DNA of 64,000 nt from a bacterium (GTDB lineage Bacteria > Patescibacteriota > Patescibacteriia > Magasanikbacterales > GWA2-37-8). Within the stretch, counting starts at the first letter, position 1, and every line of letters begins with the position of its first letter. The DNA lies in the NCBI GenBank assembly GCA_043810165.1, contig JBDROJ010000023.1, positions 4,675 to 68,674 on the forward strand, given 5' to 3'. Below, one piece after another: positions 1 to 7,542 of this stretch. The translations under genes and the position numbers were made by a program. The notes beneath the pieces are model-generated. The model searched no databases. It was not told where the DNA came from and was given only the letters and a program-made list of their open reading frames with translations.

Positions 1-322
1 TTTTTAAATGCACGATTGAGTTGAAGCTTAAGAAAAATAATATCGAGCCGAGCCAGTGTGTTGGTTGATAATCATAATCCAGGTCTTTAATAATTAGTAC
101 GGCCACTAATAATAAAATTATAGGAAATATGTATCGTACTTGTCCAAAACTGATGGCTAATAGGGCATCAATAAAATGTCCAAGCACGCCAGCCATTTCA
201 AAGAAGCTTAAGGCTGATAAGCCTCCGGCGATAAATAATAATATAGCCAAAATTCCCCGATTAATGTCGGGGTTTAGATTGAGGCGTCCTATCCAATTTG
301 ATTTGCGTCGTCTTTTACCCAT
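1..322 (-). CDS. FtsK/SpoIIIE-family DNA translocase, N-terminal membrane segment (partial, continues past window start)
   Basis: Minus-strand ATG at 322-320 translates to MGKRRRKSNWIGRLNLNPDINRGILAILLFIAGGLSALSFF...: a basic N-terminus followed by several hydrophobic helices, as in FtsK/SpoIIIE. It runs off the edge, so it is absent from the ORF track. Confidence 0.45.
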   Translation of the reverse strand, partial: MGKRRRKSNWIGRLNLNPDINRGILAILLFIAGGLSALSFFEMAGVLGHFIDALLAISFGQVRYIFPIILLLVAVLIIKDLDYDYQPTHWLGSILFFLSFNSIVHLK

Positions 323-396
323 ATTGGGGATATTATATCAAATACAGAACAAATTAACAAATATTTCAGAGTAAAATATTTCAGAGTAAAAAGTAT

Positions 397-433
397 TAAA
401 AAAACCTCCTGATTAAATCCGGAGGTTTTTTCG
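397..433. terminator. bidirectional intrinsic terminator hairpin (aacctcc...ggaggtt flanked by A-run and T-run)
   Basis: Perfect 7-bp stem with A6 on the left and T6 on the right. Sits between convergent minus-strand genes. Confidence 0.6.
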
Positions 434-442
434 AAGTATTTG

Positions 443-538
443 TTAAGCTTCTGGTGTAGCTTCTACTGCCGGTGTTTCTTCTACCGGAGTTTCTGGTGTA
501 GCTTCTACTACTGGCTTATCGCAGTCACAATCACACAT
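443..538 (-). CDS. tiny Cys-Asp / Thr-Pro-Glu repeat peptide MCDCDCDKPVVEATPETPVEETPAVEATPEA (31 aa), hypothetical
   Basis: Hand-translated minus-strand ORF, ATG at 538 and TAA at 445-443. It contains a 19-bp direct nucleotide repeat (451-469 and 491-509). No SD; too short for the ORF track. Confidence 0.2.
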   Translation of the reverse strand: MCDCDCDKPVVEATPETPVEETPAVEATPEA

Positions 539-742
539 AGGTTTGTGTTTAGAAATAAAATGTCAGCCAAGTGTAGCTAACAGTATATATTATAGCATAT
601 TTTGGCAATTTTGTCAAGATTTTGAGGTTTTTAGCCTTACTATTACCAACCATAGGTTGATTGGCAATAGTATGGCCAGGCACGCGTGGTTGCGTGCCTG
701 GCGGATGTGGTTGGATAGTCGGGCTGTTTTGCCCTATATCCA

Positions 743-905
743 GGTACTGCGGTCCTCGGTCGGGTGGCCGTTGAATGGCCACTCTTCCTGGATCTCCAGC
801 CGGGGAGGGGCCTCGTTTGACCGCACCGCCCTGTCGAGAATTTCTCGCAGAGTCAGTGCTTTTTTCTCTTCCCGCGGTGTTGGATTTTCCGTTTTGTCCT
901 GCATC
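743..905 (-). CDS. hypothetical small protein (54 aa) in GC-rich island A
   Basis: Hand-translated MQDKTENPTPREEKKALTLREILDRAVRSNEAPPRLEIQEEWPFNGHPTEDRSTWI, preceded by an aggaaaggaaaaaag purine tract. Same strand as the neighbouring small ORFs. Confidence 0.25.
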
Positions 906-943
906 TTTTTTCCTTTCCGTAGGTGGATTGATAATCGGTTATA

Positions 944-1111
944 TCACACGCGGTTTGCCATGAGCATGTCACGGGACAGGATGTCCTCGTGGGGCGGGCC
1001 CGGGTTGATCGGGGTCATGCCCGGCACCCAGTCACGCTTGTTGCACTGGCAGTTCTGGCTGTTTGTGGCCTTGGTGTTCTGGTTGCGAGCGATTTCTCCG
1101 AACGAGTTCAT
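944..1111 (-). CDS. hypothetical small protein (55 aa, MNSFGEIARNQNTKATNSQNCQCNKRDWVPGMTPINPGPPHEDILSRDMLMANRV)
   Basis: Internal Met of track ORF 944..1207. It has a canonical SD (AAGGAG, 7 nt before the ATG at 1111). The region is GC-rich. Confidence 0.35.
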   Translation of the reverse strand: MNSFGEIARNQNTKATNSQNCQCNKRDWVPGMTPINPGPPHEDILSRDMLMANRV

Positions 1112-1384
1112 AGCACTTCTCCTTTTTAGGGAAATTGGTTGATTCGGCGGATATTGGTGAACGAGAAGATATATTTGATTATATACTCTCTCGTTCACCA
1201 ATATCACGATTTTAAAGAACTAAAAAACCACCTGCGCGGTGGTTAATGATCTATGTAATACGCAAAATCACTAACTCACCGCTGAGTGGTTAATAACAAT
1301 GTTAATAATAACATTATATTGCGATTTTATATATTCCATAGTATTAATATATTAACACAGTGATGGTTTTCGTCAAATGTTAAT

Positions 1385-1393
1385 TGTGGATAA
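1385..1393 (-). other. perfect DnaA box TTATCCACA (reverse complement of tgtggataa)
   Basis: Exact 9-mer. One of five perfect copies in the window. Confidence 0.5.
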
Positions 1394-1403
1394 GTTGAAG
1401 TAT

Positions 1404-1440
1404 TGTTCGGGCCCCCGGCGTCTATCCGGGGGCCCGAACA
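1404..1440. promoter_or_regulatory. 15-bp perfect GC-rich hairpin (tgttcgggcccccgg / ccgggggcccgaaca, 7-nt loop)
   Basis: Read directly from the sequence. Lies between the minus-strand ORFs 1469..1654 and 944..1111. No U-run follows, so it is more likely a processing or stability element than a simple terminator. Confidence 0.5.
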
Positions 1441-1468
1441 GAACCGCGAACATCCCCCTTGCTTGCCT

Positions 1469-1654
1469 CTAGTCTCTCCAGTGATCTGCCCATTTCAGCA
1501 TCTCGCTGGAGAATCTTTCCAATGCCATGGCCTGCGTTTCGATCATCTTGATGATGCTCACCAGGGCAAGCCCGCGTACGGCGTCGCGATCGTCCCTAGC
1601 TCGTGCCAGTTTGGATTGCAGACGCACCATATTGCCGTAGTATAGTTCGGTCAT
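1469..1654 (-). CDS. hypothetical small helical protein (61 aa), first gene of the island A mini-operon
   Basis: Track ORF. SD aggagag 6 nt before the ATG. A consensus sigma70 promoter lies upstream on the minus strand. GC-rich. Confidence 0.45.
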   Translation of the reverse strand: MTELYYGNMVRLQSKLARARDDRDAVRGLALVSIIKMIETQAMALERFSSEMLKWADHWRD

Positions 1655-1681
1655 TCTGTTCTCTCCTAAATATTTTGCTTA

Positions 1682-1709
1682 ATTATATGATTTTTTACAA
1701 AAAAGTCAA
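1682..1709 (-). promoter_or_regulatory. sigma70-type promoter (TTGACT - 16 nt - TATAAT) driving the island A minus-strand ORFs
   Basis: Minus strand reads ttgactttttttgtaaaaaatcatataat. The -35 is the reverse complement of 1704-1709 and the -10 of 1682-1687. Gene start is at 1654. Confidence 0.5.
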
Positions 1710-1728
1710 CTGTTAGATTGTATAATAA

Positions 1729-1737
1729 TTATCCACA
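1729..1737 (+). other. perfect DnaA box TTATCCACA, about 25 bp upstream of the -35 of the island A promoter
   Basis: Exact 9-mer. With the 1385-1393 box it forms an inverted pair flanking gene 1469..1654. Confidence 0.5.
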
Positions 1738-1884
1738 ATCTGATTTGACAGTGATTTTAGCTTGTGTTAATGTATTAATACTATGAATTACAAGATAAAT
1801 AACAGCTACTCCTTTTTCTTTTTTTGGAACCTCTGCTCCGAGGCGTCTTGTTAATGCATAAATAAATTCTTATCAACAAGCAAC

Positions 1885-1908
1885 CTCGGAAAGCGAGGTT
1901 TTTTTAAT
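1885..1908 (+). terminator. intrinsic terminator-like hairpin (aacctcg gaaag cgaggtt + T7)
   Basis: 7-bp stem followed by a T-run. Confidence 0.45.
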
Positions 1909-2031
1909 TTAGCTCTTTGAAACAGTATAAATAGGCGAAAGAAAGCGCGTGATTAAATCCAGTGTTTTCTTTCGCCTATTTACCGAATGTCAGAAAAACC
2001 AGAACAAGGTCGGAAGACCAGGAGGATGATC

Positions 2032-2199
2032 ATGTCACATCTGTATGGTATCACGGCAGATGACGTCTTGGCCGGGCTCAAAAACCTGACCAAACAGTCC
2101 CATGACGACAACCAGGAAAGGAAGGATGATGAGGAGGTAAGTCCTAAGCCCAAGCTGGCCGTCGTGGTTGGCGACTTCTGGTGGCCCCCCGGCTGTTAG
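2032..2199 (+). CDS. hypothetical small protein (55 aa, MSHLYGITADDVLAGLKNL...VVVGDFWWPPGC)
   Basis: Track ORF 1987..2199. Start chosen at the ATG at 2032 because AGGAGG at 2019-2024 sits 7 nt upstream. GC-rich. A hairpin at 2218-2250 follows. Confidence 0.3.
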   Translation: MSHLYGITADDVLAGLKNLTKQSHDDNQERKDDEEVSPKPKLAVVVGDFWWPPGC

Positions 2200-2363
2200 T
2201 CTGGGGTTTCCGTATCTCAGGCCTGTTCCGATGTATTTCGAAGCAGGCCTTCCTTTCAAGTATTTTTGCTAAAGAATATTTAAAAGGGAGAGAGTCAAAA
2301 AACCAAGCTACTTGGTTTTTTTATTGACTAAATTAAAAAAACCAATTATAATTTGGTAATAAT

Positions 2364-2435
2364 GCGGGCGTGGTATAATGGCTATTACTCCACCCTTCCA
2401 AGGTGGTTACGCCGGTTCGATTCCGGTCGCCCGCT
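2364..2435 (+). tRNA. tRNA-Gly (anticodon UCC)
   Basis: Hand-folded cloverleaf: acceptor GCGGGCG/CGCCCGC, anticodon stem CCACC/GGTGG with loop CUUCCAA, T-loop TTCGATT. CCA is not encoded. Confidence 0.85.
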
Positions 2436-2623
2436 CAGGACCGAAAAAGCAGTCTGAAATGAGGCTGTTTTTTGCTTGACTAAGCTTAGAATTCCTAGTT
2501 CGCACAAGGCTTTTTTGACCTCTTCTTTTTCTAGGCTATTTTTAAGAACCAAATATGGTTTTTCCAATTGAATAAAGAGTTTTTTGTCCCTGTAAGTAAA
2601 GTTCTTACCAACCAGTTTTTACG

Positions 2624-2941
2624 GTGCAGTATCCAGTTGCTAAAAGTCTGTATGAAACACAGCTATATTGTGATTTCATTATATATCATCCAGAAAAGCA
2701 CGAGAAGTGTTTAATTATTGAATCTAAGTGGCAACAGTCTGCAGGTTCTGTTGATGAAAAATTTCCTTATCTTGTACTTAATATCAGAGAAAGATATCCG
2801 TGTTCAACTATAGTTGTGTTAGATGGAGGTGGTTACAAAAAAGGGGCGGAGAAGTGGTTAAGGGATCAAATTGATGATAAATTAATCCACATATTTAGTA
2901 TGATGGAATTTCAAAAGTGGAGTAATAGTGAGGAGCTGTAA
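2624..2941 (+). CDS. PD-(D/E)xK-like nuclease-fold small protein (105 aa), possibly a truncated remnant
   Basis: D...ESK motif region (CDFIIYHPEKHEKCLIIESKWQQ) fits the PD-(D/E)xK catalytic pattern. Starts with GTG right after an in-frame TAA. Terminator-like hairpin at 2977-3003. Confidence 0.35.
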   Translation: MQYPVAKSLYETQLYCDFIIYHPEKHEKCLIIESKWQQSAGSVDEKFPYLVLNIRERYPCSTIVVLDGGGYKKGAEKWLRDQIDDKLIHIFSMMEFQKWSNSEEL

Positions 2942-2976
2942 TATATAGTGTGACGAGGGTGGGGGCATATTACGAT

Positions 2977-3005
2977 CAGCGTAAAATATCGCTATACTAA
3001 GCGGT
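2977..3005 (+). terminator. terminator hairpin atatcgct-atacta-agcggtat + T-run
   Basis: 8-bp stem with one G-U pair, followed by ttttatttttc. Same hairpin family as 7650-7672. Confidence 0.45.
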
Positions 3006-3055
3006 ATTTTATTTTTCCCGCAAAAGATGATAGAATTGAGATAATAACTATAATT

Positions 3056-3925
3056 ATGTCTAAAGGTATTTTCTATCTAATAATAGCCTTGTTCACTTAC
3101 GGTTTTACTCACATTACCGATAAGCTTGGTATTGAAGCTGGGGTTGATCCAGCTGTTTTTACTTTTTTTAGAATATCATTTGCCATGGTATTTGTGGGTA
3201 TTCTCTGGTTCTCGTTAAGAAAGAAGAAGAAATTGCAATTTAAAAAAGCCGACATTAAACAAGTAGCTATTATTGGTATGTTGGCTTCAGGTTTAATGGC
3301 TCTTCTAAGTATACAAGCGCTAGAATATACTACGGCTACCAATAAAGGGATAATGCAAGGGTTGTATACTTCAGCCACTTTAGTAATTGCTTTTCTGTGG
3401 ATCAAAGAAAGATTTTCCAAGTTATTCTACCCAACATTTGCAGTAATGATTTTTGGCTTGATTTTACTTACCAGTAATGGTTTTATGCAATTGCCCAACA
3501 AAGGAGATTGGTTGTTGTTTTTAACTATACCTATGGTTGGTTTCTGCAATGTCTACGCTAAGAAGATAATGTCTGGCTTGCATTCCTTAACTGTTAGTTT
3601 TGGTAGGTTTATCTTTGGCTCACTGTTTTTATTGTTAGCTTTGCCCTTTATTGGTTTAGATAGCATACACACTGTTCAATATGGTATATTATGGGTGATT
3701 TGTTCTGGCGTATTAACTTCGATAAGAGTTGTAAGTTTCTATAAAGGAATTCAAGAAGTAGGACCAGGTTTGGCCGCAACTATTTTGGCTGTTTCACCAG
3801 CTATAACAGCTATTTCAGATCATCTTATTATCGGGACTTCTTTTAGTAGTTTACAGGTAGTTGGTTTAGTTTTAGTGCTGGGTTCTGCTTTTATTGTGGC
3901 GAGATTAAAAGCAAGTTATAAATAG
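3056..3925 (+). CDS. EamA/DMT-family transporter (10-TM drug/metabolite exporter type)
   Basis: 289 aa, about ten hydrophobic helices with duplicated halves, as in the EamA family. Confidence 0.75.
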   Translation: MSKGIFYLIIALFTYGFTHITDKLGIEAGVDPAVFTFFRISFAMVFVGILWFSLRKKKKLQFKKADIKQVAIIGMLASGLMALLSIQALEYTTATNKGIMQGLYTSATLVIAFLWIKERFSKLFYPTFAVMIFGLILLTSNGFMQLPNKGDWLLFLTIPMVGFCNVYAKKIMSGLHSLTVSFGRFIFGSLFLLLALPFIGLDSIHTVQYGILWVICSGVLTSIRVVSFYKGIQEVGPGLAATILAVSPAITAISDHLIIGTSFSSLQVVGLVLVLGSAFIVARLKASYK

Positions 3926-3938
3926 TTATATTTAATAA

Positions 3939-4364
3939 ATGATTCATATGCTAAACCACATAACATTAAGAGTAAGCGACTTTGAAAAAAGTCAGGATTT
4001 TTTTTCAAAAGCACTTGAACCACTTGGTTATAAAATACTCAAAAAAGACAAGGATGAAAATATAGATTATACATCTGTCGGATATGCGGTAATAGACAAA
4101 GAAGGTCATAGAGATTTTTGGGTTAAAAAGGTTAAGGATTACAAAGTTACAACACCTTCATTTTCGTGTTTAGCTTTTACTGCTACCAGCAAAGAAATGG
4201 TTAATGAATTCCATAAAGCGGCTATTGAAGCTGGTGGCAAAGATAACGGCAAACCTGGTTACCGTGTTAAATATCATCCAGGTTATTATGCAGCCTATGT
4301 ATTAGATCCAGATGGATATAATATTGAAGCTGTTTTTGATGATATGAGTATGTTAGATAAATAA
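3939..4364 (+). CDS. VOC-family (glyoxalase/bleomycin-resistance fold) protein
   Basis: Starts with an HITLRVSD-type motif and ends with YYAAYVLDPDGYNIEAV, as in glyoxalase I-like VOC proteins. Confidence 0.7.
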   Translation: MIHMLNHITLRVSDFEKSQDFFSKALEPLGYKILKKDKDENIDYTSVGYAVIDKEGHRDFWVKKVKDYKVTTPSFSCLAFTATSKEMVNEFHKAAIEAGGKDNGKPGYRVKYHPGYYAAYVLDPDGYNIEAVFDDMSMLDK

Positions 4365-4374
4365 TATTTACACC

Positions 4375-5235
4375 ATGTTAGATACTATAAAAGGAATAAT
4401 CTTAGACATAGACGGTGTTATCGTGGGTAGTAAAAAAGGAGTTAACTCCCCCGACCCACATCCTGATGTAATCAAAAGATTAAAACAAATAAAAGAAGGT
4501 GGTATTCCGATAAGTCTTTGTACAGCTAAGCCGTATTTTGCTATTGAAAAAATAGTTAGAGAAGCTAATTTGGATAATGTTCATATTGTTAATGGTGGTG
4601 GAGCAATAATGAATCCAATTACTGGCAAGATAGTCAAAACTCACAGTATCGATCAAACTATTTTAAGAAGTATTTTAGAAATGCTTTTAAAAGAAGATGT
4701 TTATACTGAGTTATATACAGTTGAGGATTATTATATCCAGAAAAGCCAGTATCGACATATTACTGATAAACATACTCATGTTTTACAAAGAGAACCAAAA
4801 GTAGTTGAATCTTTACTAGATGAGATTTCTTCTTTAAAAGTAGTTAGGATATTGGCTGTTACTGAAGACAGAGAAGATAGATATATCTTTGAAGATAAAT
4901 TCAAGCCTTTTACCGACAGTCTAAATCTTGGTTGGGGAGTCCACCCAGTAATCCTTCCTTTACAGTTTGGCGGTATTACTCCTAAAGGTATATCTAAAAG
5001 CCATGGAGCGGTTGAGATTGCGGAGAATTTTGGTGTGTCTCTTAACGATATGCTTGGCGTAGGTGATAGCAAACGTGATTGGGAGTTTATAGGGCAATGC
5101 GGATATGGGGCAGCTATGGGAAACGCCAGTCAAGCTTTAAAGGATTTAGTTTTGACCAAAGAGAAGAGTCGTTCATATATCGGCGGTGACGTTGATGAAA
5201 ATGGTATTTTGGAGATATTGGATTATTTTATTTAA
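4375..5235 (+). CDS. HAD-superfamily hydrolase, Cof-type (HAD-IIB) phosphatase
   Basis: N-terminal ILDIDGV (DxD) motif and C-terminal GVGDSKRD...GYGAAMGNA motif, as in Cof/YbiV phosphatases. Confidence 0.75.
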   Translation: MLDTIKGIILDIDGVIVGSKKGVNSPDPHPDVIKRLKQIKEGGIPISLCTAKPYFAIEKIVREANLDNVHIVNGGGAIMNPITGKIVKTHSIDQTILRSILEMLLKEDVYTELYTVEDYYIQKSQYRHITDKHTHVLQREPKVVESLLDEISSLKVVRILAVTEDREDRYIFEDKFKPFTDSLNLGWGVHPVILPLQFGGITPKGISKSHGAVEIAENFGVSLNDMLGVGDSKRDWEFIGQCGYGAAMGNASQALKDLVLTKEKSRSYIGGDVDENGILEILDYFI

Positions 5236-5245
5236 ACTGACGGGC

Positions 5246-5722
5246 ATGGGAGAAATCACCATAAGACAATACAAGGATTCTGACAAGGATAAGATATGGG
5301 ATTTACATATTAAAGTTCTGGAAGACGCTGGTGCGTTGGCTGATAGTGGGCCATGGGATGATGATTTGAAAAATATACAACATGAGTATATTAGTGGTGG
5401 CGGTACTTTTTTAGTAGGTTTATCAGGTGACGAAATAGTGGTGATGGGAGCCTTAAAGGTTGTAGATAATAATAATGTTGAAATAAAAAGGATGAGAGTG
5501 TTACCAAAATATCAGAGAAAAGGTTTGGGTCAGTTAATGTTGGATAAATTAGAAGAGAAAGCCGTTGGTAGTGGTTATAATCAAATTCAGCTAGACACAA
5601 CAGATAAACAAATAGCAGCTCAAAATTTTTATGTTAAAAATGGATACAAAGAAGTGAGCCGTATTAAAGGAAAAAAGTTTGAAAGCATAATTTACAAAAA
5701 GAATTTAGTGGCTGGTATATAG
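5246..5722 (+). CDS. GNAT-family N-acetyltransferase
   Basis: Track ORF 5186..5722 trimmed to the ATG at 5246 (MGEITIRQYK...). Contains the acetyl-CoA-binding motif RVLPKYQRKGLGQLML. Confidence 0.75.
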   Translation: MGEITIRQYKDSDKDKIWDLHIKVLEDAGALADSGPWDDDLKNIQHEYISGGGTFLVGLSGDEIVVMGALKVVDNNNVEIKRMRVLPKYQRKGLGQLMLDKLEEKAVGSGYNQIQLDTTDKQIAAQNFYVKNGYKEVSRIKGKKFESIIYKKNLVAGI

Positions 5723-5810
5723 TGTGGAAGGGGTGTGTACAAAACTAGACTCACCTAACCTTGCACAAATCCCCAACAATCCCAGTTCGCACGTCCTCCA
5801 CTACCCCGCT
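5714..5810 (+). repeat. intergenic repeat family, copy A (~95 bp; contains the 28-mer cagttcgcacgtcctccactaccccgct)
   Basis: Near-identical to 7543-7634 and shares the perfect 28-mer with 6750-6777. Begins at the stop codon of the GNAT gene and is followed by T7. Confidence 0.8.
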
Positions 5811-5854
5811 TTTTTTGATGGACAAACAGGTTAAAATATGCTAAAATAACACAT

Positions 5855-6109
5855 ATGACCATACAGCAATTTATAAAAAAGAGACCATATCTGGTTTGGT
5901 ATACAAAGAATTATGATGAACTCTCTGAAGATGCGATTTTAGAAGCCACTCTTAACTACGGTGATTTTGATGATGTTAAAAAAATGGTAAAAATATTGGG
6001 CATGAGAAAGGCGGCTGATATATTTAAAAAGAAAAATAAACAGAAAAGAAATAATTTCAAACCCCAAGTGTCTCATTATTTTAAATTGTTTTTTAAGCAA
6101 CATGCATAA
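5855..6109 (+). CDS. small protein (84 aa) upstream partner of the AbiEii-like nucleotidyltransferase; putative antitoxin/partner
   Basis: Overlaps the downstream gene by 8 nt (ATGCATAA). No recognisable domain by eye. Confidence 0.45.
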   Translation: MTIQQFIKKRPYLVWYTKNYDELSEDAILEATLNYGDFDDVKKMVKILGMRKAADIFKKKNKQKRNNFKPQVSHYFKLFFKQHA

Positions 6110-6716
6110 AGAAGTATTGAACCAAAAACAAACAGAACTACTACCTTTATTAAAGAAGTTTAATAAAGATTTTGGTTTAGTTGGTGGTACAGCTATCGCC
6201 TTACAACTTGGTCATCGTCAATCAATAGATTTTGATCTGTTTTCTAATAAGCCAATTAAGCCGAGTGATATTCGACGTAAGATAAAAGGAGTTGCTAATA
6301 TAGATAAGGTATTAATTAATGAGAAAGATGAGTATACGGTTATTGTCAATGGGGTAAAAATTACTTTTCTTTTTTATCCATTTAAAATAAAATTTTCTAA
6401 ATCGTTGTCAAATATTATAAAATTACCTGATCTAAAAACATTGGCAGCAATGAAGGCATATGCCCTAGGTAGGCGAGCTAAATGGAAAGATTATGTTGAC
6501 CTATATTTTATTATGAAAGATAAGTATGGTATAAAATCGGTGACGAAAAAGGCCAAACAGATTTTTGAAGAAGAATTTAATGAGAAGATATTTAGAATAC
6601 AATTAAGTTATTTTAAAGATATTGATTATACTGAAAAAGTAGAATATACCAACGATCAGAAAACACCAGATTCAGTTATCAAAAAAGAATTAAAAGATAT
6701 CAGTTTAAAAATTTAA
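6102..6716 (+). CDS. nucleotidyltransferase, AbiEii/AbiGii-toxin-like family (DUF1814-type)
   Basis: GGTAIALQLGHRQSIDFDLF matches the GS...D.D nucleotidyltransferase signature of the AbiEii family. 204 aa. Confidence 0.6.
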   Translation: MHKEVLNQKQTELLPLLKKFNKDFGLVGGTAIALQLGHRQSIDFDLFSNKPIKPSDIRRKIKGVANIDKVLINEKDEYTVIVNGVKITFLFYPFKIKFSKSLSNIIKLPDLKTLAAMKAYALGRRAKWKDYVDLYFIMKDKYGIKSVTKKAKQIFEEEFNEKIFRIQLSYFKDIDYTEKVEYTNDQKTPDSVIKKELKDISLKI

Positions 6717-6729
6717 AGTTCCTAGTACT

Positions 6730-6813
6730 ACACCTATTAGGAACTATTTCAGTTCGCACGTCCTCCACTACCCCGCTCATACGAAAATATAGCTAAAACA
6801 AGCGGTATTTTTT
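6730..6813 (+). repeat. intergenic repeat family, copy B (perfect 28-mer plus terminator-like tail)
   Basis: cagttcgcacgtcctccactaccccgct at 6750-6777, then catacgaaaata...aagcggtattttttt as in copy C. Confidence 0.8.
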
Positions 6814-6900
6814 TAATACCCAGGATCTAGGTATTAGCGTTTTTTGACAAAAGATGGTAATCTATTTTTAGACAATCATTTTGCCTAATGGAGGTGTCAG

Positions 6901-7419
6901 GTGAATAGAAATATTTTGGTGCAGGATGAGAGAAAGGTAAGACGCCTACTTCATCTTTGTAGACTAATGCAGGCGGTGTCTTTTTCAACCAAAGACATAA
7001 ATCATGAATTAGCTCGTAGAGTTGGGTATAAAAATAAGCATACGCTTGTAAATGCTATACGTCTATCTGCTTCATGGCGAAGTGTTGAGGAATTGGATAA
7101 ATATCCTTTCACCAAACCGAGCGATAGATTTATACTCAATACAGATCCCAAGAAAGATCCTGAGAGTGGGGATTATGTCACCGTACATAACTTTGTATGG
7201 AGAGACGAAGCACTTAGAAAAAGTGGTTTCATAAATGAGGAAGGCCAGCCTCTCATAGAACTACCTATTCCGAGCGAGATTGTTACTCACGCAGAAAGAG
7301 TAGCTGGGTGGTTGTACAAAAAAAGTCCTACTTACGTTTTGAATGCATTAATTGGTAATCCAGCAGAAACATTGAGTTTATTGCATGAAATGCGGAAGAG
7401 AGGTAAAAATGAAAGTTGA
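6901..7419 (+). CDS. hypothetical protein (172 aa), GTG start with GGAGG SD
   Basis: Track ORF. ggaggtgtcagGTG. No recognisable domain. Flanked by repeat copies B and C. Confidence 0.5.
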   Translation: MNRNILVQDERKVRRLLHLCRLMQAVSFSTKDINHELARRVGYKNKHTLVNAIRLSASWRSVEELDKYPFTKPSDRFILNTDPKKDPESGDYVTVHNFVWRDEALRKSGFINEEGQPLIELPIPSEIVTHAERVAGWLYKKSPTYVLNALIGNPAETLSLLHEMRKRGKNES

Positions 7420-7420
7420 G

Positions 7421-7530
7421 GAGGTGTCTGAATGTAAAAAATGGGAGGGCAACAAAGACCCGCCCCATGTCTGGTATCGCCAGCACGGGCGGGCAGACAC
7501 ATTTCCACCTAATCAAGGTGTTTTTTTTTA
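7421..7530 (+). ncRNA. GC-rich nested-stem element plus intrinsic terminator (candidate structured RNA or 3' UTR element)
   Basis: Outer stem gtgtctg(7424-7430)/cagacac(7494-7500). Inner stem cccgccc(7459-7465)/gggcggg(7487-7493) enclosing the hairpin ctgg-tatcg-ccag. Then cacct-aatca-aggtg + T9. GC-rich, unlike its surroundings. Confidence 0.4.
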
Positions 7531-7542
7531 ATCTAAAAATAT

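Noticed and set aside
129-374. 81-aa plus-strand track ORF
   Set aside because: It lies antisense to the FtsK-like N-terminal reading frame and has a low-complexity, non-protein-like sequence. No SD.
543-1142. 199-aa plus-strand ORF spanning island A (also 549..782 minus and 775..963 plus)
   Set aside because: W/R/S-rich composition typical of random GC-rich frames. It overlaps three SD-preceded minus-strand small ORFs and a strong hairpin. No start context.
2385-2567. 60-aa minus-strand ORF
   Set aside because: Overlaps the tRNA-Gly(UCC) gene antisense; spurious.
7421-7500. Hammerhead or other small self-cleaving ribozyme in the GC-rich element
   Set aside because: CUGAAUG is present but not the CUGAUGA...GAAA core arrangement; stems do not fit a three-way junction.
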